Shown: positions 53,063-63,632, counted from the stretch's first letter. The stretch is 64,000 bases of DNA from Acidimicrobiia bacterium (GCA_035281645.1 DATEDN010000172.1:4137-68136); one strand, 5' to 3'. Notes: generated by a model not told the origin, from the letters alone. Numbers and translations: made by a program.

Positions 53063-54370
53063 TCAGCGCCTTTCCTTTTTCATCACCCGGTCGGCTTCCT
53101 CCAACCGGGCCGCCACCTCTTCCTCGGCTCCTTCGCGACCCGGCTTGTACAGAATCTGAGGATCGGAGCCTTCGGGCCAATAGCTCTGTTCGACCACCCC
53201 GCCGGGGTGGTCGTGTGGATAGCGGTAGCCCTTGCCGCCACTGGAGCGGAGATGCAAGGGCACTCGCGGCGAATTGGTATTGGCGACCGCCTCGGTGGCG
53301 GCACTGATCGCCCGCGCTACCGAGTTCGACTTGGTTGCCGTCGACAGATAGAGACAGGCTTCTGTCAAGTTGTACGTTGCCTCGGGCAGCCCGACGTGGG
53401 CGAGGGCGTCTGCCGCTGCCACGGCGATTTGAAGGGCGACGGGGTCGGCCAGGCCAACATCTTCGGAGGCGAAGACGATCATCCGGCGGGCGATGAACTC
53501 GGGGTCCTCGCCCGCGGCGATCATCAGATGAAGCCAGAAGAGGGCGGCATCGGGATCCGAGCCCCGCATGCTCTTGATGAAGGCGGAGATGACGTCATAG
53601 TGCTGGTCGCCGGTCTTGTCATAGCGAATGATTCGTCTCTGCAGCGCCTCTTCCACGTCCTCCTTGGAGATCGTCGCTGACCCTCTCTGCTGAGCGAGGG
53701 TGGCCGCCACCTCGAGGCTGTTGAGGGCGAGGCGGGCATCACCTCCGGTCCGTTGGGCGAGATCGGCTCGAACCTCCGGATCGATGGACAATCCCCGGTC
53801 GCCCAACCCGCGGTCCGAGTCCGACAGCGCCCGCTCGATGAGCGCTTCGATGTCGGCAGGGCGAAGGGGCTCGAGGCGGAAGATCGTCGACCTCGAAATC
53901 AACGGCGAATTGACCTCGAAGAAGGGGTTCTCGGTGGTTGCGCCAACCAGGATCACGATCCCGTCCTCGACACCGGGGAGAAGGGAGTCCTGCTGGCTCT
54001 TGTTGAAGCGGTGGATCTCATCGAGGAAGAGAACGGTCCGGCGTTCTTCGGTCTCCAAGCGCTGGCGAGCCCGCCCTAGCACCTCGCGCACGTCCTTGAC
54101 GCCCGCCGAGGTAGCGGACAAAGTCTCAAATGCGGCGTCGGTGTGGGCGGCGACCAGGCGGGCGAGTGTGGTTTTTCCCGTCCCCGGAGGACCCCAGAGG
54201 ATCATCGAAACCGGGCGCCCGCTCTCCATCATTCTCCGAAAGGCGGCGCCGGGTTTGAGCAAGCCCGGCTGACCTACTACCTCATCGAGGTTCCCGGGGC
54301 GCATTCTGGTGGCCAGTTGAGCCACCGTCCGCAACGTCTCCTCGGCCCGGGCTTCGAAGAGATCACCCAT
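53063..54370 (-). CDS. rarA: replication-associated recombination protein A (RarA/MgsA AAA+ ATPase)
   Basis: 435 aa with Walker A GPPGTGKTT, Walker B LFLDEIHRF and a C-terminal MgsA domain. Confidence 0.9.
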   Translation of the reverse strand: MGDLFEARAEETLRTVAQLATRMRPGNLDEVVGQPGLLKPGAAFRRMMESGRPVSMILWGPPGTGKTTLARLVAAHTDAAFETLSATSAGVKDVREVLGRARQRLETEERRTVLFLDEIHRFNKSQQDSLLPGVEDGIVILVGATTENPFFEVNSPLISRSTIFRLEPLRPADIEALIERALSDSDRGLGDRGLSIDPEVRADLAQRTGGDARLALNSLEVAATLAQQRGSATISKEDVEEALQRRIIRYDKTGDQHYDVISAFIKSMRGSDPDAALFWLHLMIAAGEDPEFIARRMIVFASEDVGLADPVALQIAVAAADALAHVGLPEATYNLTEACLYLSTATKSNSVARAISAATEAVANTNSPRVPLHLRSSGGKGYRYPHDHPGGVVEQSYWPEGSDPQILYKPGREGAEEEVAARLEEADRVMKKERR

Positions 54371-56093
54371 CGTCGACGATCTCGAGACCGAGCTCCGCGA
54401 GTTGGAACGCTTCGACCTCTGTCGGGCTGCCCGCCATGGGATCCTGCCCCGATTGCGTCTTGGGAAACGGGATCACTTCCCGAATGTTGGCTTCGTTTCG
54501 AAGCACCATGAGCAAACGATCGATCCCAAAGGCGAATCCCCCGTGAGGGGGCGTCCCGTAGCGGAGCGCCCGCAAGAACCATCCGAAGCGACTCTCTTGC
54601 TCGGAAGGCGAAATCCCGAGGATGTCGAATACACGTCGCTGTACCTCGGGGTCGTGGATCCGAATCGAACCCGAACCGAGTTCCGTGCCATTGACCACCA
54701 CGTCATAGGCCCGAGCGAGAGCCTCAAGGGGGCGCTCCTCCATGGCCTTCACGTCCTGGGGTGAGGTAAAAGGATGGTGGAGGAAGGTCAAGCCCCCCTC
54801 CCCCGGCTCGAACATTGGAAAGTCGGTCACCCATAGGAATTCGAGGTCCTCGTGGGTCTCTGGGCGGCCTAGCTGGAGCCGTAGCTGTCCCAACGCCGCG
54901 ACGGTGGTCAGCCACTCCCCCGCGACCAGCAACAGCACGTCACCGGGGGCGGCGTCGAGTTCCCGGATCACCTGGCTGACCTCGGCTTCGCTCAAGAACT
55001 TGGCAACCGGGGATCGAACGGTTCCGCCTTCTTCGACCACCATCCACACCAGGCCTTTCGCCCCCAGAGATTTGGCCAAATCGGTGAGCCGGTCGGCGCT
55101 CGAGCGGGGAAACTCACGGGGGCCGGCGTTGATCCCACGCACCACCCCTCCCTCTTCGATCGCCGAGGCGAATCCCCGGAAGTCGGTCGAGGAGAAAACC
55201 GGCCCCAGGTCGACGATTTCCATACCGAAGCGCAAATCCGGTTTGTCAACTCCGTACCGGTTCATCGACTGGTGCCAGGTCAGACGTCGGAAGGGAAGAG
55301 GCGGCTTCTGGCCACGGAGGGTCTCGACCGCGGCGGCGATCGTGAGCTCCACCGCATCCTGCACATCGGCTTCCGACCAGAAGGCTCCTTCCAAGTCCAA
55401 TTGAGTGAACTCGAGCTGGCGATCGGCCCTGGTGTCCTCGTCGCGATAGCAGCGAGCGATCTGGAAGTAACGCTCGACACCCGCCACCATCAGCAGCTGC
55501 TTGAAGAGCTGGGGCGATTGGGGGAGGGCATAGAAGCTGCCCTGGCGGAGCCGTGATGGCACCAGCATGTCGCGGGCTCCCTCCGGCGTCGAGCGCACCA
55601 AGGTGGGCGTTTCGATCTCGAGGAACCCCAATCCCTCGAGCGTACGGCGAATGGCAGCAATGGCGTCCGAGCGGGCTCGGAGGTTGGCGGCCATGCGGGG
55701 GCGGCGCAGGTCGAGATAACGAAATTCGAGCCGGGTTCGTTCGTCGAGCTCGGTGCGATCGTCGAGCATGAAGGGAAGGGTGTCGGCGGGGCTGAGCACC
55801 TCGATGGCATGCGCGGCCACCTCCACGGCTCCAGTGGCCAGGTCCGGGTTGACGGTGCCCTGGGGTCGAGGACGCACCTCTCCTTCCACCCGGATACAGA
55901 ACTCCATCCGTAGCTCTTCGACAATGGCGAGCGCCTCGGGATCCGCCACAACCTGCACCAAACCCGAGGCGTCCCTCAGGTCGATGAAGGTAACTCCCCC
56001 ATGATCGCGGCGGCGGGCGATCCAGCCTGCCAGGACTACCTCTTGGGCGGCCGGATCAGCACAGTCGAGGGCGTGATGGGTGCGAAAGGTCAC
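54363..56093 (-). CDS. aspS: aspartate--tRNA ligase
   Basis: 576 aa with an OB-fold anticodon domain, class II motifs (FRYLDLR, GxGxGxDR) and a GAD insertion. Confidence 0.93.
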   Translation of the reverse strand: MTFRTHHALDCADPAAQEVVLAGWIARRRDHGGVTFIDLRDASGLVQVVADPEALAIVEELRMEFCIRVEGEVRPRPQGTVNPDLATGAVEVAAHAIEVLSPADTLPFMLDDRTELDERTRLEFRYLDLRRPRMAANLRARSDAIAAIRRTLEGLGFLEIETPTLVRSTPEGARDMLVPSRLRQGSFYALPQSPQLFKQLLMVAGVERYFQIARCYRDEDTRADRQLEFTQLDLEGAFWSEADVQDAVELTIAAAVETLRGQKPPLPFRRLTWHQSMNRYGVDKPDLRFGMEIVDLGPVFSSTDFRGFASAIEEGGVVRGINAGPREFPRSSADRLTDLAKSLGAKGLVWMVVEEGGTVRSPVAKFLSEAEVSQVIRELDAAPGDVLLLVAGEWLTTVAALGQLRLQLGRPETHEDLEFLWVTDFPMFEPGEGGLTFLHHPFTSPQDVKAMEERPLEALARAYDVVVNGTELGSGSIRIHDPEVQRRVFDILGISPSEQESRFGWFLRALRYGTPPHGGFAFGIDRLLMVLRNEANIREVIPFPKTQSGQDPMAGSPTEVEAFQLAELGLEIVDDG

Positions 56094-57448
56094 TCCCCTA
56101 CCATCCGTGTTACGGCCTCGGCGACGTTGCGTCGGGCGACGAATTCCTGGCTCTGCCGGGAGAGGCTGCGGACTAGGACCTCGCCCTTGGCCCGCTCCTC
56201 GGGGCCCGCCAGCACAACTACCTCGATGCCGCTGCGATCGGCGTATTTCAGCTGCGAGCCGAGCTTGCGGGGTTCAAGGGAGGATTCGGTGTTGATCCCA
56301 GTCCTCCGGAGGTCAGCAGCAATCTGCAGCGCCGCCTCGAGGCCCTCGTCGTCGAGGAGGGCAACCAGCACCTTGACCGGGCTTTTGGGGACCGGAAGGA
56401 TCTCGGCTGACCGTAGCTGCCAAAAGAGTCGGGAAAGACCAATGGAGATCCCCACCCCCGGGAGCTTGCGATCGGTGTAGTGGCCGGCGAGGTCGTCATA
56501 ACGGCCGCCCGAGCAAATGCTGCCCAGCTCCGGGTGGGCCGTGAGAGTGGTCTCGTAGACGGTTCCGGTGTAGTAGTCCAGGCCGCGGGCAATTCCGAGA
56601 TCGAGGCCAAACCGATGGGAGGGAACTCCCATTTGCCCTAGCAGCGACAGCACTTCTCGGACCTCACTGACTCCCTGCTCGAGAGCGGCCCCGTTCGCTC
56701 TCAACTCGTCGAGCAGGGCAAGGCCACCGTCTCCGGTGACCACCCCCCTCCCCGCCAAGTCGGTCAGGCGTCGGGCGCTCTCCTCCGACACCCCTAACTG
56801 GCGAAGCGAGGCAACCACCTCATCCGGTCCCCGCCGCGAAAGCTTGTCGAGCTCGCGCATCATTTGGTCGCCCGATTCCATATCGAGGCTGGTCATCAAG
56901 CCAGCCAGAAGCTTTCGGTTGCTGATCCCGATGGTGAATTCCCCGATCTCCAGATTGCCGAAAACGGTATTGATCACCGCTGGAATTTCGGCGTCGTAGC
57001 GGAGGCTGAGGGTGTCCTGGCCCACGACGTCGATGTCGCACTGATAGAACTCCCGAAACCTTCCTTGCTGGGGACGCTCGCCACGGAAGACTGGTTGCAT
57101 CTGGTAGCGGCGGAAAGGGAATGTCAGCTCGTTCCGGTGCTCGGCCACATAGCGGGCCAGGGGCACCGTCAGGTCGAATCGCAGCGCCAGCTCGGGTTCC
57201 TCGCCCTGATCGGCTGCTCCACTCGATTGCGCCAGGTAGACCTGTCGTTCGGTTTCGCCTCCGGTCTTGCGCAAAAGCAGCTCGGCCAGCTCCATGGTGG
57301 GAGTGGCGATGGGGAGGAAGCCATAGCTTTCGAACCCCCTCTTGATGGCGTCGAGCATGTCCTGGAAGGCAGCCTGATCCATCGGCAAGAGCTCCATCAC
57401 CCCCGGCATGGTCCGGGGTCGAACGGGCGTGGGTGGAGAAGGGCACAC
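56090..57448 (-). CDS. hisS: histidine--tRNA ligase
   Basis: Class II core plus a C-terminal anticodon-binding domain. The real start is probably an internal Met (M14 or M18, about 57409 or 57397). Confidence 0.85.
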   Translation of the reverse strand: MCPSPPTPVRPRTMPGVMELLPMDQAAFQDMLDAIKRGFESYGFLPIATPTMELAELLLRKTGGETERQVYLAQSSGAADQGEEPELALRFDLTVPLARYVAEHRNELTFPFRRYQMQPVFRGERPQQGRFREFYQCDIDVVGQDTLSLRYDAEIPAVINTVFGNLEIGEFTIGISNRKLLAGLMTSLDMESGDQMMRELDKLSRRGPDEVVASLRQLGVSEESARRLTDLAGRGVVTGDGGLALLDELRANGAALEQGVSEVREVLSLLGQMGVPSHRFGLDLGIARGLDYYTGTVYETTLTAHPELGSICSGGRYDDLAGHYTDRKLPGVGISIGLSRLFWQLRSAEILPVPKSPVKVLVALLDDEGLEAALQIAADLRRTGINTESSLEPRKLGSQLKYADRSGIEVVVLAGPEERAKGEVLVRSLSRQSQEFVARRNVAEAVTRMVGE

Positions 57449-57468
57449 GATCGGGGGGGTCAGGCTAA

Positions 57469-58113
57469 TTAGATGCCTTGCAGGAACGGGTTGTGCCTCC
57501 GTTCCGACCCAATCGTCGTCTGCGGCCCATGCCCGGGGAGGACCTGAGTTTCGTCAGGGAGGTCAAGGACTCGGCTCTTCATCGAGGAAAGGAGCGTCTC
57601 CCAGTCACCACCGGGCAGATCCGTCCTTCCCACCGAACGGGCGAAGAGTTGATCGCCCGAAAACAGCGTTTCCTGATCTCCGAGGTAAAAGCAACAGTGG
57701 CCCGGAGTATGTCCGGGGGTGTGTCGCACCTCGAAGGCGAAGCCCGCCAAGGAAAGGATCTCGGCATCGATCAGATCGGTTCTGATCTCCGCCGGGGCCC
57801 AATCACCCGGCGGGCTGGTGCCAAAAAGCCCCTGCAGCTGGAGAGCCGGCTCGAGCGTTAGATAATCGTCTTCGGGGTGGATGTAGACGGCCGCTCCGGT
57901 CCGACGCTGAAAGGGGCCGGCGCCTCCCATGTGATCTATGTGGCCGTGCGTCAGCAATAGGGCCACCGGGGCCAGATCTTGATCGTTCAGCAGGCGGCCA
58001 ATGGCCTCGTCGTCGGGAGGAGCGTCGATCACCACCGCCGCCCCGCCTTTTTCCTGAGCCACTACATACGTATTGGTCTGGGCCACCCAGAGTGGGCGAG
58101 AAAGGAGCAGCAC
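57469..58113 (-). CDS. MBL-fold metallo-hydrolase (glyoxalase II-like)
   Basis: 214 aa with THGHIDH, HTPGH and GDxLF motifs. Same hisS-relA position as the mycobacterial glyoxalase II gene. Confidence 0.75.
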   Translation of the reverse strand: MLLLSRPLWVAQTNTYVVAQEKGGAAVVIDAPPDDEAIGRLLNDQDLAPVALLLTHGHIDHMGGAGPFQRRTGAAVYIHPEDDYLTLEPALQLQGLFGTSPPGDWAPAEIRTDLIDAEILSLAGFAFEVRHTPGHTPGHCCFYLGDQETLFSGDQLFARSVGRTDLPGGDWETLLSSMKSRVLDLPDETQVLPGHGPQTTIGSERRHNPFLQGI

Positions 58114-60279
58114 TCAGGTCTCGGGCTCGGTAACGATCCGATAAGAGGCAAACACCCCATCAACCCCTTTCAGGTCGGCCAACAGCCGCGGCAAGGCACC
58201 GGGATCGGAGAGTTCGACCTCGTAACGAAGGATGGCCACCCGGTCCCTTCCCGTCACAGACGACGAGGCGACGATGTTGCCGCCGAGGTCGGAGATGGCC
58301 GCGGTGACATCCCGCAAGAGGCGTGTGCGGTCGAGCGCTTCGACCTGGATCCACACTGCGAAACTTCCTACCCGGTCGGGTGGCCAAGACACCTCCACCA
58401 ACCGGCTGTCATTGAGGTCAGCGATATTGGTACAGGCGGCTTGATGGACCGATACCCCGCGCCCTACGGTGATGAACCCAACGATCGGGTCGCCCGGGAC
58501 CGGAGCACAGCAGCGAGCAATGTGGACGAGCATGTCCTCCATCCCTTCGACGATGATTCCGGGCCCGGGGGCTGAGGTTCGCTTCCGGGGACGGGGCGGG
58601 GCGAGAAGGTCCTCCGGCTCCTCATCCGGTCGTACCAGGCGGACCAGGCGATTAACCACCGTGGACGCCAGGATCGAACCATCCCCGATGGCAATCAGCA
58701 GACCTTCAAGGTCGGTTTTTCCCAGGTCGGTGGCGATATTGGTGAGGAACTCGTCGCGGGCGTTGGCGGTAAGACCGAGGCCTTCCTTGCGAATGGCCGC
58801 TCCCAACAACTCCTTGCCCTCGTTGAGCGCATGCTCTCGCCGCTCGCGGGAGAAGAACGCCTTGATCTTCGATTTCGCCCTTGGCGTCCGTACCGAGTTG
58901 AGCCAGTCGAGGCTGGGTCCGGCGTCAACCGCCTTGGAGAGAATCACCTCGACGATGTCACCCGACTCGAGTTTGGTCGAAAGCGGAAGCAGGCGGCCGT
59001 TGATCCGAACTCCGACGCATCGGTTGCCCACCTCGGTGTGGACCGCGTAAGCGAAGTCGATCGCCGTGGCGGAACGAGGCAGGGCTTTGACATCCCCCGC
59101 CGGAGTGAGGACGAAGACCTCGTCCCGGTAGAAGTCAAGCTTGAGGTTCGTCAGGAACTCTTCGGGGTCTTCGGTTTCAAGCAGCGTCCGGATGTCGCCG
59201 ATCCAAGGGGCGTCGCTTGCCGACGAGCCCTCCTTGTACCGCCAGTGGGCGGCGATCCCTGACTCCGCCAGACCGTGCATCTCCTCCGTTCTGATCTGAA
59301 TCTCGAGTGGTTTGCCATCCGGCCCGATGACGGTGGTGTGGAGGCTCTGATAGAGGTTGACCTTGGGCATGGCGATGAAATCCTTGAACCGGCCCGAGAC
59401 CGGAACCCACTTCGAATGGACCAGACCCAGTGCCGCGTAGCAATCCCGGAGGTCATGGGTGATGATCCTGATCCCGATCAGATCGAAGATCTCCTCGAAT
59501 TCGCGCTGGCTCTCGACCATCTTGCGATAGATCGAATACGGGTGTTTTGGTCGACCGGTGACCCGGGCCGGGATTCCGGAGTCGCTCAAGGCGGCCTCCA
59601 ACTCCGAAATCACCTTCTCGATGAATACCTCTCGCTCCGGTGATCTTTCGTCCAGCTTGGCCTGGACCTCGGCGTAGATTCCCGGCTCCAAAATTGCAAA
59701 ACAGCGGTCTTCGAGCTCATGTTTGATCTCCTGAACCCCGAGTCGATGGGCCAGGGGGACGTATACGTCGAGTGTCTCCAGGGCCACTCTCTGCTGCTTT
59801 TCGAGTCGCAAGGCAGAGACCGTCCGGATGTTGTGAAGTCGATCGGCCAACTTCATCAGCAGGACCCGGACGTCCTGGGCCATGGCCACCACCATCTTGC
59901 GGATGGTCGCGGCCTGCGCCTCCTGGGGCGATGAGTACTGGATGCGATCGAGCTTGGTGACGCCGTCGATCAGCTGGGCCACTTCGGCGCCGAACTGCTT
60001 CTCGATCTGGCCCAGGGTGAGGCTGGTGTCCTCAACGGTGTCGTGAAGCAGCGAGGCAGCCAATGTCGTCGAATCGAGTCCGTACTCAGCCAGGATCTCG
60101 GTGACAGCGACGGGATGGGTGATGTAGGGGTCCCCCGACTTGCGTACCTGCCCCCGATGGGCCTTCTCCGCCACTCGATAGGCCGACTCGATCAGCTTGA
60201 AGTCGGCCTCCGGAAAGTGGCGCCGGTGGTGCGCCTCGATCTGGCCGAGAGCTGTCTCAGTCGTAGCGGATGAGGGCAT
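58114..60279 (-). CDS. relA: bifunctional (p)ppGpp synthetase/hydrolase Rel
   Basis: 721 aa with an HD hydrolase (HD motif), a synthetase domain (RxKD...), and TGS and ACT domains. Confidence 0.93.
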   Translation of the reverse strand: MPSSATTETALGQIEAHHRRHFPEADFKLIESAYRVAEKAHRGQVRKSGDPYITHPVAVTEILAEYGLDSTTLAASLLHDTVEDTSLTLGQIEKQFGAEVAQLIDGVTKLDRIQYSSPQEAQAATIRKMVVAMAQDVRVLLMKLADRLHNIRTVSALRLEKQQRVALETLDVYVPLAHRLGVQEIKHELEDRCFAILEPGIYAEVQAKLDERSPEREVFIEKVISELEAALSDSGIPARVTGRPKHPYSIYRKMVESQREFEEIFDLIGIRIITHDLRDCYAALGLVHSKWVPVSGRFKDFIAMPKVNLYQSLHTTVIGPDGKPLEIQIRTEEMHGLAESGIAAHWRYKEGSSASDAPWIGDIRTLLETEDPEEFLTNLKLDFYRDEVFVLTPAGDVKALPRSATAIDFAYAVHTEVGNRCVGVRINGRLLPLSTKLESGDIVEVILSKAVDAGPSLDWLNSVRTPRAKSKIKAFFSRERREHALNEGKELLGAAIRKEGLGLTANARDEFLTNIATDLGKTDLEGLLIAIGDGSILASTVVNRLVRLVRPDEEPEDLLAPPRPRKRTSAPGPGIIVEGMEDMLVHIARCCAPVPGDPIVGFITVGRGVSVHQAACTNIADLNDSRLVEVSWPPDRVGSFAVWIQVEALDRTRLLRDVTAAISDLGGNIVASSSVTGRDRVAILRYEVELSDPGALPRLLADLKGVDGVFASYRIVTEPET

Positions 60280-60772
60280 GAAAGGGAACTCCGTCGATGG
60301 CAGCGCGCCCGTTGAGGAAACCGAGCTCGATGAACACGGCCAGGCCCACGACCTTGCCCCCCACCCTTTCGATGAGGTTGACCGCTGCCGCGGCCGTTCC
60401 GCCGGTAGCGATCACATCGTCGACGATGAGTACTTGCTCCCCCGCCCCGATGGCATCGACATGCATCTCCAGGGCATCGGTGCCGTATTCGAGGTTGTAC
60501 GACTGATTGATGGTGGTCCAGGGAAGTTTGCCGGGTTTGCGGAGCGGCACGAAACCGGCCCCGAGCTCGACAGCGACCGGTGCGGCCAAAGTGAATCCAC
60601 GGGCTTCGATCCCCGCCACCTTGTCGATGGGGAGCTCGCGGTACTCCTCGGCCAGAGCCGCCACCAACTCGCCGAACGCCCCATGATCGGCCAGAACCGG
60701 CGTGATGTCCTTGAAGACGATGCCTGGCTCAGGGAAGTCGGGAATGTCTCGGACGAGAGAGGCGAGATTCAC
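60257..60772 (-). CDS. apt: adenine phosphoribosyltransferase
   Basis: 171 aa with PRPP motif VLIVDDVIATGGT. Confidence 0.9.
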   Translation of the reverse strand: MNLASLVRDIPDFPEPGIVFKDITPVLADHGAFGELVAALAEEYRELPIDKVAGIEARGFTLAAPVAVELGAGFVPLRKPGKLPWTTINQSYNLEYGTDALEMHVDAIGAGEQVLIVDDVIATGGTAAAAVNLIERVGGKVVGLAVFIELGFLNGRAAIDGVPFHALIRYD

Positions 60773-60791
60773 CCGAGAATTCTACCGAGTG

Positions 60792-61802
60792 CTAGCGCCG
60801 ACCCTTGGGCGGCTTCGGTGCCGGACGCGGGCGCGAGGCCGCCAAACTGCTCGAACTCCGCTCACTTCGAACTCTGGGTCTCCGGCTGCCCACTCGAGGC
60901 TCATCCTTTTTCCATGCTGCGAGGAGCGGCGCGGCGACAAAGATCGAGGAATACGTGCTTACCGCCAGGCCCACGAAGAGAGCGAGGGCAAAGTCGCGCA
61001 GAGAGGAAGCACCAAAGGCAAGAGAGCCGACAAACAGAATCGACCCAACCGGGAGCAGGGAGCTGAGAGACGTGTTGAGCGAACGGCCCAGCACGAGATT
61101 CATCGCTCGGTTGACGATGTCGCCGTAGTCCTCCTTGGGACCGGCTTCGTCGGCCAGCTCCGAGACCTTGTCGAAGACCACGACGGTGTCGTATAGGGAA
61201 TAGCCGAGAATCGTGAGGAGAGCGATGACCGTCGCCGGCGTAACCTCGAACCAGGTGATCGAGTAGACGCCGACCGTGATGATGAGGTCATGGACCAGGG
61301 CCACCAATCCGGACCCGGCCATTTTCCACTCCAGACGCCAGCTCATGAAAAGCGCGACTGCCACCAGAAATACGACCAGAGCGACGAGTGACTGACGAAG
61401 GATCAAGGCTCCGAAGCTGGGTCCGATGGAATCAATCGAGATTTCTGCTCGCTCCGTACCGGTAAGGGCAGCGACGTCATCGATCAGTTCCCTTTCTACG
61501 TCCGGCTCGAGCGCGGGCGTCTGCAGACGAACCGCCTGACCGTCGTTCACCAACTGGATCACAGCACCCTCGACTTCCGCTTCATCAGTCAAGAGTCGCA
61601 ACTCCTCGATAGTGGCTCCGGCGCCATTCGGGGAATTGATGGTGGTCCCACCCCGAAATTCAATCCCGAGATTGAGTCCGCGGAAGCCGACGAACCCAAG
61701 GGAGATCAAGATCAAGAAAGTCGAGATTTGAAACCACAGTCGCCTTTTGCCAACGAAGTCGAAATTGGTCTCTCCCCGAGAGAGCCTTTTCAAGAAGCTC
61801 AT
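60792..61802 (-). CDS. secF: protein translocase subunit SecF
   Basis: 336 aa with six TM segments and a SecF periplasmic domain. C-terminal basic tail. Confidence 0.9.
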   Translation of the reverse strand: MSFLKRLSRGETNFDFVGKRRLWFQISTFLILISLGFVGFRGLNLGIEFRGGTTINSPNGAGATIEELRLLTDEAEVEGAVIQLVNDGQAVRLQTPALEPDVERELIDDVAALTGTERAEISIDSIGPSFGALILRQSLVALVVFLVAVALFMSWRLEWKMAGSGLVALVHDLIITVGVYSITWFEVTPATVIALLTILGYSLYDTVVVFDKVSELADEAGPKEDYGDIVNRAMNLVLGRSLNTSLSSLLPVGSILFVGSLAFGASSLRDFALALFVGLAVSTYSSIFVAAPLLAAWKKDEPRVGSRRPRVRSERSSSSLAASRPRPAPKPPKGRR

Positions 61803-63394
61803 TGAGCGGTCCGGCGGATCGAGATCCAGCCCTTTTCTCCGAGAGGAGTTCGGGCGAGGAGATAAATCGCCCGACGGGTGAATGACCTAACCACCACGAT
61901 GTCAATCAGCGTGGCGAGACCCAAAGACAGGGCGAAGCCCTTGACCGGCCCCACCGACAAGAACCAGAGGAGGCCGGCGCCGAGGATCGATACAGCGTCA
62001 GCCGTGAGGATGGTTCGAAAGGCGTGGCGAAATGCTTCATCCACCGCCGACCGAACATTGCGACCGGCCCGAATCTCCTCCTTGATGCGCTCGAAGTAGA
62101 CGATGTAGGAATCCGCCGCGATGCCGAGGGCGATGATCACGCCTGTCACACCGGCCAGGGTGAGCGTCAGACCCTGCAAGCGGGAAAGAAGGGCAAAAGT
62201 CGAAATCAGGAGAGCCCCGAAGACCGTAATTCCAACGATCGCCACCACCCCCATCATCCGGTAGTAGGCAAGCAAGAGGATCGCAACCAATGCCAGGCCG
62301 ATGTAGCCCGCGATCAGTCCCGCCCGTAGCGAATCGGAACCGAGCGTGGCAGAGACCTTTTGCACCTGCGATCGTTCGAACGCGACCGGTAGAGATCCGT
62401 ATCGAAGAATGGCGGCGGTGTCTTTGGCTGCCTGCTCGTCGGTCGTGGCGGCGCCAAACGTGATCAGTGCTCTTCCCCCGGTGATGCCTTCAGCACCTAC
62501 GTCGGCGGCCACTGCCGGTGAGGCGATGACCTCACCGTCGAGAACGATGGCTATTTGTCGCTGCGGGCTTCCCTGAGATTGGGTGGCAGCGGCGGCGGTC
62601 ATCTCGGCGAATTTCTCCGCTCCCTCGGACGTGAGGTCGAGATTGATCACCCATTGGGCATTCGAGGGATTGAAGCCGGGAACTGCATCCGCCACGTCGC
62701 TTCCCACCAATTGCGCGGGTCCCACCGTGAGAACAGCAGGGATCTCTCCGATGACCGAGGTGATCGTCCCCGGGAGATAGGCAGACGTGGCGGCGGGGTC
62801 ATCTACCAGTGTGAGACCCGTCTCCGGGTCGACGTTCGGAGGCAGAGTGGTGGTTGTGGTGGGCGCGGTGGTGGTGGTCGCCGCAGTCGTGGTCGTCGAC
62901 TCACCTGTCGTAGTGGCCTCTCCGGCGGCGGTGGTGGAAGTCGTGGTAGTCGTCACCAGTGGGCCTTCGTTCCCCGGGGTTGCCGCCAACACGGGTCGAA
63001 ACGAGAGTTGGCCGGTTTGGCCGATGGCGTCGAGGGCTCGCTCCTCGTCCTCCACCCCGGGAAGCTGGACAAGGACAGTGTTGCCGCCGGAAATGGCGAT
63101 ATCGGGCTCCGCCACCCCTCCGACGTCCTCGATGCGGCGCCTCATGATCTCGACCGCCTGCGCCAGTACGTCTTGATCGGTGTCGGGTGGAGCAGTGAGA
63201 ACTACGGAGGTGCCCCCCTGGAGGTCAAGCCCCAACTTGGGGAGGATTCCCTGGTTGATCAGTGCGGCTAACCCACCCCAGGCGATCAAAAGGACGAGCG
63301 CGAGCCCGATCAACCGCCGGCGCACCCGATTACTCCTTGGGTTCGAGCTTGCTGCTGATCGCCCGGCGAGCCACCCGGATCCTGCCCTGCTCAA
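61799..63394 (-). CDS. secD: protein translocase subunit SecD, with a poly-Thr insertion in the periplasmic domain
   Basis: 531 aa with the SecD fold and the conserved C-terminal TM bundle. Overlaps secF by 4 nt and the yajC 3' end by about 65 nt. Its real start may be further downstream. Confidence 0.9.
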   Translation of the reverse strand: MSRAGSGWLAGRSAASSNPRSNRVRRRLIGLALVLLIAWGGLAALINQGILPKLGLDLQGGTSVVLTAPPDTDQDVLAQAVEIMRRRIEDVGGVAEPDIAISGGNTVLVQLPGVEDEERALDAIGQTGQLSFRPVLAATPGNEGPLVTTTTTSTTAAGEATTTGESTTTTAATTTTAPTTTTTLPPNVDPETGLTLVDDPAATSAYLPGTITSVIGEIPAVLTVGPAQLVGSDVADAVPGFNPSNAQWVINLDLTSEGAEKFAEMTAAAATQSQGSPQRQIAIVLDGEVIASPAVAADVGAEGITGGRALITFGAATTDEQAAKDTAAILRYGSLPVAFERSQVQKVSATLGSDSLRAGLIAGYIGLALVAILLLAYYRMMGVVAIVGITVFGALLISTFALLSRLQGLTLTLAGVTGVIIALGIAADSYIVYFERIKEEIRAGRNVRSAVDEAFRHAFRTILTADAVSILGAGLLWFLSVGPVKGFALSLGLATLIDIVVVRSFTRRAIYLLARTPLGEKGWISIRRTAQ

Positions 63395-63632
63395 CTTCGA
63401 TCACGACGGAGTCGTCCTCGAGGGAGCGAACGATTCCCTGGATGCCGCCGATCGTCTGCACCCGGTCACCCACGGCCAGCGATGCGCTCAGGCTCTGCTG
63501 GGCCCTCATGCGCGCTCTCTGGGGGCGGAGGATGAGGAAGTAGAAGACGGCCAGCATCACCGCCAGGAACACGAAGCTGCCGATAGGGCTGCCGGTGCCA
63601 GGCGCGGTGGAAAGAAAAAGCGTGTCGGTCAA
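63330..63632 (-). CDS. yajC: preprotein translocase subunit YajC
   Basis: 100 aa with a single TM segment and the YajC motif (LAVGDRVQTIGGIQGIV). Confidence 0.85.
   Translation of the reverse strand: MTDTLFLSTAPGTGSPIGSFVFLAVMLAVFYFLILRPQRARMRAQQSLSASLAVGDRVQTIGGIQGIVRSLEDDSVVIEVEQGRIRVARRAISSKLEPKE

Noticed and set aside
62780-63180. Repetitive GTGGTGGT / GTCGTGGTAGTCGTC tracts that could be mistaken for a repeat array or CRISPR
   Set aside because: The repeats are in-frame Thr/Ala codons of the SecD linker on the minus strand. There is no spacer/repeat periodicity and no cas genes.
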